64,000 nucleotides of DNA, from assembly GCA_040218735.1 (NCBI GenBank), contig JAVJQW010000042.1, positions 32,001-96,000 on the forward strand, in the 5' to 3' direction. Numbering within the stretch: the first letter of the stretch is position 1; each line of letters begins with the position of its first letter. This document shows, piece by piece, positions 56,757 to 64,000 of the stretch. This DNA comes from Deltaproteobacteria bacterium (GTDB lineage Bacteria; Myxococcota; Kuafuiibacteriia; Kuafuiibacteriales; Kuafuiibacteriaceae). Made by a program: the position numbers and the translations under genes. The notes beneath the pieces were generated by a model. That model searched no databases. It saw nothing but the letters and a program-made list of their open reading frames with translations, and had not been told where the DNA came from.

Positions 56757-56917
56757 GATTTCAGGGCTCCTTGGGAGGGGTGGTTGGTTGGGTTCGTCGA
56801 GGTCTACAAGGCGGCGCGCTCGGACCTCACGTGACCGATCCGACCTGGGACCCATGGCCCAGGTGTCTGGTCCGCCATTCTTGCCGGTGCATCCTGTCGC
56901 CTCCTACCGTGGTCTGC

Positions 56918-58567
56918 ATGTCCTCCGATGTGCGCAATGACGTCCCCGTCTCCCGAGTCGCGCTCTCGCAGCCCGTCGACGTGACGCAGCCTCCGGCGCC
57001 CAAGGCGCTCGCGGTGCCGCTCGCGCCCGCGCAGACCGGCGAGGCTCCGAAGCCCGCCCTCGGCCACGGCGGGAGCCAGGGCGTCAGCCGTCTGGCCGAG
57101 CTGCGATCGACCGCCGCGATCACGCCCGTGGAGATCGCGGTGCCGTCGTCCGCTTCCCACGCGGTCGCCAAGTCCGCCGGGCCCCGCCCGGTCGCGTTGC
57201 CGGGCATCAGCGCGCACGCGCGCGAGCTCGGCGCGCTGAGCGCGACCGAGACGGCACGCCTGATCCGAAGCGGTGAGCTCAGCCGTCGCGAAGTCACCGA
57301 GACCGCTATCGAGCGCGCCGAGGCGTCGCAAGCCCTGGTGCACGGCATCGCCGCGCGGCACTACGACGAAGCTCGCTCGAACGCGGAAGGCGCCGGCACC
57401 GGCGGCCCGCTCGACGGCGTGCCGACCGCCATCAAGGACATCGTCGCGGTGAAGGGCTTCGTCACGACCGCCGGGAGCCGCGCGCTCCCGAACACGCCGG
57501 CGGCGGAGTCGTCACAGGACGTCCAAGACTTCCTCGCGCTCGGCGGCAACCCGATCGTGCAGACGACGTCGTCCGAGTTCGGCTTCACGTGCACCGTCGA
57601 ACCCGTCGGCGGGAAGCCGACGCGCAACCCGTACGACCCGACGCGGTCCACCGGTGGCTCATCCGGGGGTTCCGCGGCGCTCGTCGCCGCGGGTGTCATC
57701 CCGTTCGCGCACACCACCGACGGCGGTGGTTCGACGCGCATCCCTGCGAACTGGTGTGGGCTCTACGGCCTGAAGGCCACGCGTGGTCGTCAGACTTCGC
57801 TGGTGAGCGGGAAGAAGATGCCCGTCGAGATCAACGCGGCCGGCGCCGTCACGCGGACCGTCGAAGACCTCGCGACGGTCATGCACGGCCTCGATCGAGG
57901 CGTCGAGAAGGGGATGAAGCCGCTCGGGTTGGTCGAAGGGCCCGGCAATGAGCGCCTCCGTGTCGGCTTCTATGTCGACCCGTTAGGCGGAAAGGCGGAC
58001 CCGGAGGTCGCGCAAGCTGTGTTGCGAACCGCGGAGGCGCTCGAGAAGCAGGGCCACATCGTCGAGGAGATGGCGCCGCCTTACACGCAGGCCTTCAACC
58101 GCGACTTCCTGCAGCACTACTCGCTGATCGCGTTGCTCGTTAACCTCCGCCTGCGCTTCATGGACGGGGCGGACGTCGACCAGCTCGAACCGTTCTCCAA
58201 GGGCCTCGCGAAGCGTGCGCTGACGCCGACGAACCTCCTCACGATGCCCTACAACGTCTGGCGACTCTCCCGGTTCGAACACGAATACACCAAGCAGTTC
58301 GACCAGCGCGACATCATCCTCAGCCCAGTCACGGCGACGACGGCGCCGAAGCTCGGCCACCTGTCGCCCGGGCTCGACTTCGATACGCACCTCGAGCGAC
58401 TCCTCGAGGTCGTTGCGTTCACGCCGATTCAGAACGCCTCCGGTGGGCCGGCGCTCTCGATGCCCGCGGGGTTCTCGGAGGACGGTCTGCCGATCGGCGT
58501 GCAGCTCGCGTCGAACCTCGGCGAAGACCGCCGCCTGATCGAGCTGGCGTTCGCGCTGAAGGACTAA
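56918..58567 (+). CDS. Amidase-signature family protein with a low-complexity N-terminal extension
   Basis: GVPTAIKD, GGSSGGSAA, DGGGSTRIPA, GLPIGVQ. Confidence 0.92.
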   Translation: MSSDVRNDVPVSRVALSQPVDVTQPPAPKALAVPLAPAQTGEAPKPALGHGGSQGVSRLAELRSTAAITPVEIAVPSSASHAVAKSAGPRPVALPGISAHARELGALSATETARLIRSGELSRREVTETAIERAEASQALVHGIAARHYDEARSNAEGAGTGGPLDGVPTAIKDIVAVKGFVTTAGSRALPNTPAAESSQDVQDFLALGGNPIVQTTSSEFGFTCTVEPVGGKPTRNPYDPTRSTGGSSGGSAALVAAGVIPFAHTTDGGGSTRIPANWCGLYGLKATRGRQTSLVSGKKMPVEINAAGAVTRTVEDLATVMHGLDRGVEKGMKPLGLVEGPGNERLRVGFYVDPLGGKADPEVAQAVLRTAEALEKQGHIVEEMAPPYTQAFNRDFLQHYSLIALLVNLRLRFMDGADVDQLEPFSKGLAKRALTPTNLLTMPYNVWRLSRFEHEYTKQFDQRDIILSPVTATTAPKLGHLSPGLDFDTHLERLLEVVAFTPIQNASGGPALSMPAGFSEDGLPIGVQLASNLGEDRRLIELAFALKD

Positions 58568-58716
58568 CGCTGGTGCATCCGCGCGGCCTTCGCGCCGGCG
58601 CCCGCTTCGTCCCACTCGATGATCATGTAGGCGGCCGCGGCCACGACGACCATGCACACGATCCCCAGCCCGATCATAACGTAGACCGCGCCGCTCCCCT
58701 TCTTCGGAGGTTTCAT
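58564..58716 (-). CDS. 50-aa single-TM protein (not in the ORF track)
   Basis: MKPPKKGSGAVYVMIGLGIVCMVVVAAAYMIIEW...; ATGA-coupled to the DUF1015 stop. Confidence 0.6.
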   Translation of the reverse strand: MKPPKKGSGAVYVMIGLGIVCMVVVAAAAYMIIEWDEAGAGAKAARMHQR

Positions 58717-60026
58717 CGGACGAGCCCTCGCGCTTCCATGTAGAAGCGTTTCTCGTCCGCCTCGCCCATGGAGAACGTCTTGCGCGGTAGTGCGCCGTCG
58801 AGCGCGACGCTCTTGAACAGGTCGCTCTTGTCCATGCCCGGGAGGAAGAAACCCAGGTTGTTCGGCTTCTTGCCGAGCCGGTCGGTTGCCTCGGTGCCGT
58901 GCACGTAGTCGACCTCCCGGAACCGCTTGGCCTCCTCGAGCTCGCTGAGGAACGGCTGAAGCGTCGACACCGCGAGGTTGCCCTTCGGCGCCTTGATCCG
59001 ACCGACGCGATAGCCGCTCGCGTCGATGATCCCCACGCTCTGCGTGTCGGCATCTACCGCGGCTGTCATCGCTTCGAGCGAATCCACTGAAGAGATCTCC
59101 ACGCCACCGTACTCGCTCAGCGCGCCGACGACGTCGAACCCGTCCTCCACGTCGAACAGGACCCGGTGGATCGGCTCGAACTCCAGCGAAGCGTCGTGAA
59201 CGTTCACCAGCTCCACGAGCGCGTAGCGACGTGGGTCGTCGGGGCCCGCGTCCGCCTTCACCTTCTCCCAGATCGCCTTGGCCGTCGCGAGGGAGTGGTT
59301 GCCGTCGCCCATCGCGTAGAGCAGGACGGGGGCGTCGTCACCGAGCCCGTAGCGCTCGGCGAACCGCTTCGGCTCGGCGAGCCGAGCGAGCGCCGCCGTG
59401 ATGCGGTCTTCCTGCTCGGACGACACGGCGAACCCGGTGAGGTGCCCGCCCTTCATCATCAGGTCGAAGTCGTAGACCTTCTCGAGCGAAGCGCCCGCGA
59501 GCGGGCCGATCACCGTGTCTTCGGGATCGTCGATCAGCACCATGATGTGCGGCAGCTCGATCGGCGCCCCTTCACGCACGCGGATGCGCGGCGGGAGGCG
59601 GTCCACGATCGTCCCCTCCGTCGCGCGCACGAGGGAGCTGGAGCCCGCGGTGTAGTCGTACGCGTCGAGGTCCATCGCGACCATGAGCCCGCGCCGCGTC
59701 TTGTTCGCCGCAACGCGCTCCACGTACAGGAAGGACTCGCGCGCTTCGAGCACGTCGTTCGCGAGGTAGTCCTTCATCGCGGCGTTGATCCGCGCGATGC
59801 GCTCGTCGCCCCCGGGCGCGTTCAGGTACACCTCCGGAAAGATGCAGTGCAGCGTCGACGGCGCGTCGCCGACGAGCCCCTCGACCTCCGCCCAGTACTC
59901 CGGCTCCGAGGTGTACTGGTCACACGCCACGACCGCCCACTTCGTGAGGTCCACGGAGGCGTTGGGGAGCAGGACCTTCGGGACACCGATGCCGATCGCG
60001 TCGTACGTCTTCACGGGCGCGACCAA
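58713..60026 (-). CDS. DUF1015 family protein
   Basis: KWAVVACDQYTS, RATEGT..RLPPR, GDGNHSLATAK, LPRKTFSMG. Confidence 0.9.
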   Translation of the reverse strand: MVAPVKTYDAIGIGVPKVLLPNASVDLTKWAVVACDQYTSEPEYWAEVEGLVGDAPSTLHCIFPEVYLNAPGGDERIARINAAMKDYLANDVLEARESFLYVERVAANKTRRGLMVAMDLDAYDYTAGSSSLVRATEGTIVDRLPPRIRVREGAPIELPHIMVLIDDPEDTVIGPLAGASLEKVYDFDLMMKGGHLTGFAVSSEQEDRITAALARLAEPKRFAERYGLGDDAPVLLYAMGDGNHSLATAKAIWEKVKADAGPDDPRRYALVELVNVHDASLEFEPIHRVLFDVEDGFDVVGALSEYGGVEISSVDSLEAMTAAVDADTQSVGIIDASGYRVGRIKAPKGNLAVSTLQPFLSELEEAKRFREVDYVHGTEATDRLGKKPNNLGFFLPGMDKSDLFKSVALDGALPRKTFSMGEADEKRFYMEARGLVR

Positions 60027-60047
60027 AGCAGGTGTGGTCGCGCGGGT

Positions 60048-62000
60048 CTAGCGGACGGCGACACCGTGGGTGTGCGCCGCGAGCGCTTGCGACTTCTTCA
60101 CGAGCGCGAGCAGCTCCTTGCGGTCCGCGTCCGTGGCCACGTCCGACAACAGCGACGCCACGCGCGGGTAACTCCACGCGCCGGCCCACTCGCTCCCGCG
60201 CCACAGCTCGGCGGCGCCCATCGCGGCGACCGCGAACTTGAGATCCTGCGGCGCCGCGTCGAACGAACGCGCGACCCGGCGGAGCTCCACCGCGCGCGCG
60301 ACCTCCTTCGCCTTCGTCCCGCCGGGACGCTTCGACCGGACGCGCACCGTCGCGACGTTGGTCGTCCCGTCTCCGTCAACCAGCTCCAGCTCGTACAGAG
60401 CGGTGACCTGGTGGCCGGCGCCGATCTCCCCCGCGTCGACGCGGTCGTTCCGAAAGTCCTCGTCCGCCACGGCGCGGTTCTCGTAGCCCACCAGGCGATA
60501 GGTCTTCACGGTCGCCGGGTCGAACTCGACCTGGATCTTCACGTCCTGCGCGACGTCCTGGACCATCTTCGTGAAGTCTCGCCCGAACACGCGCTGCGCC
60601 ATGCGCATCGAGTCGACGTAGAAGTAGTTGCCGTTCCCGTCGTTCGCGAGCTGCTCCATCGTCGCGTCGCGGTAGTTGCCGTCGCCGAAGCCGATCGTCG
60701 ACAGCCGAATGCCCTCGTCCACGTAGCCACGCACCTGCTTCAGCATCGCCTCGTGCGACGTCGCGCCGATGTTGGCGTCGCCGTCCGAGCACACGATGAT
60801 GCGGGTCGTCGTCCCGTCGCGGTGCATCTGCGCCGCCTGCCGGTACGCGAGCTTCAGACCGGAAGACATCGCCGTGCCCCCCGCCGTGCGCAACCCCGAC
60901 AGCGCCGCCTTGATCTTGCTCTTCTTCGCGCCGCTCGTCGGCGGGAGCACCAACCGCACGCCCCCCGCGTACGTCGTGATCGCGACGCGGTCCTTCGACG
61001 TGAGCTGATCTACCGCGACGCTCAACGACTTCGTCGCCAGCGCGAGTTTGTCGCCGGAGGTCATCGAGCAGCTCGTGTCGACGAGGAACACGAGGTTCAC
61101 CGGGAGCCGCTGTGCGTCGGGGACGACGCGAGCCTGCAGTCCGACGCGCAGGTAGTGCTTCGTCGAATCGACGGGGGACTGCGCACCGTCGACCTGAATC
61201 GAGAACGGCGCGTCCGTCGGCGGATCGTAGTCGTACGCGAAGTAGTTGATCGTCTCCTCGACGCGCACGAGCGACGTCGTGGGGAGACGCCCGGACTGCA
61301 GCGTGCGGCGCGCGATCGCGTAGGCCGCGGTGTCGACGTCCGCCGCGAACGTGGAGAGCGCGTCCTCGGTCGTCTTCGTCCGCGCGTTCACCGTCGCGTC
61401 GGCGCGGCCGGAGAACTCACCGGTGTCGCCCTTCAATGCGCCGAGGATCCCCGCGCTCCGCGCGACGCCGTGACCGACCGCGGCCGTCCCTCGCGCACCG
61501 AGCCCGCCGGATCCGCGACCGTAGCCGATCCCACCGCCTCCCGCGCCGGTACCGAGACTCCCCAGGCCCACGCCCTTGCCGGCGCCTCCGCCGCGCGTGC
61601 CGAGGCCACCGACGCCGCCCGCGTCGCCCATCGAAGTGCCCGCGAGGCCGCCCATCCCCAAGTTGATGCCTTCGCCGCCGTAGGCACCGACGACGTTCCC
61701 GCGCGGGCCGCCCGACTTCGCGCCGAGCACCTGCGGCGTGCCCTGGACGACGCGGGGCGAACGGCTCCCCGTCTTGTCTTTCGCGGGTGCGTCGGGCGCC
61801 TTGGCGATCGTGTCCCGGGGCGCTTGCGATTGGCCGAGCGAGCCTTCCTCGCCCTTCACGGCGTTGGCCTTCCCAACCGTGTCGAGCGCCAACGCCTCCG
61901 TGCTCTCCGCGGGTGCGGGGGCCTCCTTCGGTGCGTCCGCCTCACAGGCGACGAGGGTCAGGAAGAGGAGCGAAGAGACGACGACACACAAACGTTCCAT
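60048..62000 (-). CDS. YfbK-like vWA lipoprotein (vWF_A + vWA + DUF3520)
   Basis: STFAADVDTA, RVEETINYF, DTSCSM MIDAS, SDGDAN, YRLVGYENR, DAGEIGAGH. Confidence 0.9.
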   Translation of the reverse strand: MERLCVVVSSLLFLTLVACEADAPKEAPAPAESTEALALDTVGKANAVKGEEGSLGQSQAPRDTIAKAPDAPAKDKTGSRSPRVVQGTPQVLGAKSGGPRGNVVGAYGGEGINLGMGGLAGTSMGDAGGVGGLGTRGGGAGKGVGLGSLGTGAGGGGIGYGRGSGGLGARGTAAVGHGVARSAGILGALKGDTGEFSGRADATVNARTKTTEDALSTFAADVDTAAYAIARRTLQSGRLPTTSLVRVEETINYFAYDYDPPTDAPFSIQVDGAQSPVDSTKHYLRVGLQARVVPDAQRLPVNLVFLVDTSCSMTSGDKLALATKSLSVAVDQLTSKDRVAITTYAGGVRLVLPPTSGAKKSKIKAALSGLRTAGGTAMSSGLKLAYRQAAQMHRDGTTTRIIVCSDGDANIGATSHEAMLKQVRGYVDEGIRLSTIGFGDGNYRDATMEQLANDGNGNYFYVDSMRMAQRVFGRDFTKMVQDVAQDVKIQVEFDPATVKTYRLVGYENRAVADEDFRNDRVDAGEIGAGHQVTALYELELVDGDGTTNVATVRVRSKRPGGTKAKEVARAVELRRVARSFDAAPQDLKFAVAAMGAAELWRGSEWAGAWSYPRVASLLSDVATDADRKELLALVKKSQALAAHTHGVAVR

Positions 62001-62045
62001 GCAGCTTCGGACCACGCTGCGGTCCCGAAGTTCCCATGACGTTCG

Positions 62046-63161
62046 TCACGGTCGCGCGATGTCGCGGTAGAGCCGTTCGTAGCGATCGAACATCGCCTCG
62101 GTGGAGAAGTCGTTCACCGCGCGCCGTCGAGCGTTCTCTCCGAGCGCGCGCCGTCGCTCCGGATCGCGCACGAGCTCCGCGAGCGCGTCCCCCATCGCGA
62201 CCTCGTCACCCTTCGGCACCATCACGCCGACCGGCGCGCCGTCGTAGCCGGGCTCGACGATCTCCACGACACCGCCCACCGCCGTCGCGACACACGGGCG
62301 CGCCATCGCCATCGCCTCCAACAGCGCGTTGGGCATGGCTTCGGTGTCACTCGACAGCACGAACACATCGACGTCCGCCAGGAACTTCGGCACGTCCTCG
62401 ACGTGCCCGAGGAAGTGGACACGATCCCGAATTCCGAGCTGCTCCGCGAGCTCCCCGAGCGCGACGTGGTCCGGACCGTGCCCGGCGATGCGCACCTCGA
62501 CGTCGAGGCCCGCCTTCACGACCCGCGCGGCCGATGAGATCAGCAGCGGGAAGTTCTTCACGTTGGTGTGATAGAGCCGGCCCATCCCGCCGATCACCAA
62601 GCGCCCGGGCTTGGCTTCGAACGGCGGCGGATCGAAGCGCGACGTGTCGACCCCGTTGTGCAGCACGTCGATTCGCTCCCGCTGCAACCCATACTCCGTC
62701 ACGAGGAACTCACGCGCCGCGTTGCTCACCGAGAAGAGCTTGGTCGTGATCTTCGCCATCGCCTGGAACGCGAGGCGTCGCTCCAGCGGCACCTTCGTCG
62801 ACTCGAGCCCGTGGAAGCTGAACACCAACGGCGGACGCGGGTGACACGCGACCCGCGCGATCGCGGTGTCCGGCCACGCAGCCCAGTTGCGCGCGTGCAC
62901 CACGTTCGGCCGAAGCTTCGCGATCAGCTGACGAATCTGCAGCGGGACGGTGCGGTCCTTCGACTCCGCCGTGATGCGATGCAGCGGCGCGTGCTCGCCG
63001 AAGTCGATGATGTCGGTGCGGTGACTCAGCAGCAGCACCGAGTGCCGAAAGCCGCGTTCGTTCAACGCGACGACGATGCGGTAGAGGTTCTTCTCCATGC
63101 CGCCGCCGTCGCCGAGCGTGCGGACCACGTGCAGCACGTGAATGGGTTCGCCGCCCGTCAT
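62046..63161 (-). CDS. GT4 family glycosyltransferase
   Basis: GGME, HNGVD, SDTEAMPNALLEAMA. Confidence 0.92.
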   Translation of the reverse strand: MTGGEPIHVLHVVRTLGDGGGMEKNLYRIVVALNERGFRHSVLLLSHRTDIIDFGEHAPLHRITAESKDRTVPLQIRQLIAKLRPNVVHARNWAAWPDTAIARVACHPRPPLVFSFHGLESTKVPLERRLAFQAMAKITTKLFSVSNAAREFLVTEYGLQRERIDVLHNGVDTSRFDPPPFEAKPGRLVIGGMGRLYHTNVKNFPLLISSAARVVKAGLDVEVRIAGHGPDHVALGELAEQLGIRDRVHFLGHVEDVPKFLADVDVFVLSSDTEAMPNALLEAMAMARPCVATAVGGVVEIVEPGYDGAPVGVMVPKGDEVAMGDALAELVRDPERRRALGENARRRAVNDFSTEAMFDRYERLYRDIARP

Positions 63162-64000
63162 ACCAAGTTCGCCCACCGTGCGAAGTCTTCGAGCACGGTC
63201 ATCGTCGTGTCGAAGTCGAATCGAGCTTCGTAGTCGATGAGTCGCTTCGCCTTGCTCGCGTCGATCGTGACATCGGCGCCGAACAGCGCGCGCTGGTGCG
63301 CGTTGGGGAGGTGAAGGCGAGCGTCATCCGGCGGCGTACGCGGGGGCGGCGGCGCGGACGGACCCGCGGCGAGCGCGACCGGTTCGTCGTCGCGCTTTCG
63401 TTTCATCGACTGCCAGACCTTCGGGAGGTGCCGGCGCGCGACGTCGAACGTCTCCTCCACGTACGGGATTCGCTCCGCGCGGATGATGATCTCCTCGTCC
63501 GAAAGCGCCGCCATCAGATCCCCGAGCCCTTGCCGCGCCACGGATCGAACGATGCGGCCGTAGTCCTTCTTCGAGTCTGCGTACGTCAAGCGCTCGTGGC
63601 CGAACATCCGCTCGAGTCGTTCGTAGTACGCCGACCAGCGCGCCGTCGCGCCGGCGATCAACATGCGCTCCCCGTGCAGCCGCGGCGTAGTCCCCGCGGC
63701 GACGAGCGCACGCGCGACGTCGTCGACGAACACGAAGTTCATCGAACCCTGGCCGCGGTTCGGGAGCACGATCCACCCGGATTGAAACTGCTCGATCGGC
63801 CGCTCCAGCCACGGCTTCGAGTACGGCCCCAAGATCACCGGCGCCTGGAGCACGACGGCGTCCGGCGCCTCCGTGAGCAGCAGCGCTTCGACGCCCGCCT
63901 TCGACGCCGCGAACGCCTTGTTCTTCGTGGGTTTCAGCGGCGACGACTCGTCGAGGCGCCCGCTCCCGAAGTACGCGTCGCCGTAGACCTCCGCGGATCC
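63158..64000 (-). CDS. NAD-dependent epimerase/dehydratase (extended SDR), 5' truncated by the window
   Basis: SAEVYG..DESSP, ILGP, NFVFVDDVA, DASKAK; frame open to the window end. Confidence 0.8.
   Translation of the reverse strand, partial: GSAEVYGDAYFGSGRLDESSPLKPTKNKAFAASKAGVEALLLTEAPDAVVLQAPVILGPYSKPWLERPIEQFQSGWIVLPNRGQGSMNFVFVDDVARALVAAGTTPRLHGERMLIAGATARWSAYYERLERMFGHERLTYADSKKDYGRIVRSVARQGLGDLMAALSDEEIIIRAERIPYVEETFDVARRHLPKVWQSMKRKRDDEPVALAAGPSAPPPPRTPPDDARLHLPNAHQRALFGADVTIDASKAKRLIDYEARFDFDTTMTVLEDFARWANLV

Noticed and set aside
59166-62039. 957-aa + strand ORF
   Set aside because: Antisense shadow of the DUF1015 and vWA genes, with no motifs.

Overview
High-GC window with a Myxococcota-like gene complement: Ser/Thr kinases, a sigma-54 activator, PEGA and CHAT proteins, ECF/anti-sigma pairs and a MYXO-CTERM-like sorting signal. 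About 50 CDS are supported; no rRNA, tRNA, CRISPR array or transposase was recognised. Housekeeping genes include a hybrid histidine kinase, hemB, a regulator plus modABC, DUF1015, a vWA protein and a GT4/epimerase pair. Four accessory themes stand out. (1) A dispersed polyhydroxyalkanoate (PHA) regulon linked by repeated TGC-N3-GCA PhaR-type boxes. It comprises a synthesis locus (two divergent class III-like phaC, phaE-like, phaR, phasin, acyl-CoA ligase, reversed-order FadB), an apparent extracellular PHB scavenging/uptake operon, and a third locus with a paralogous lipoprotein and a MaoC/PhaJ-like hydratase. The depolymerase in the uptake operon looks like a polyprotein with an internal MYXO-CTERM followed by a second lipoprotein signal. 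(2) A sigma-54 island with twin -24/-12 promoters and 20-bp-phased enhancer-like repeats, driving T3SS needle/filament-like proteins and an AvrB-like (Fido) effector. (3) A lipoprotein, ECF sigma, anti-sigma, subtilase and exported TPR-CHAT module. (4) A surface protein carrying a 23 x 42-bp array and an SD-repeat tract. All family assignments come from motif recognition by eye; no searches were run.
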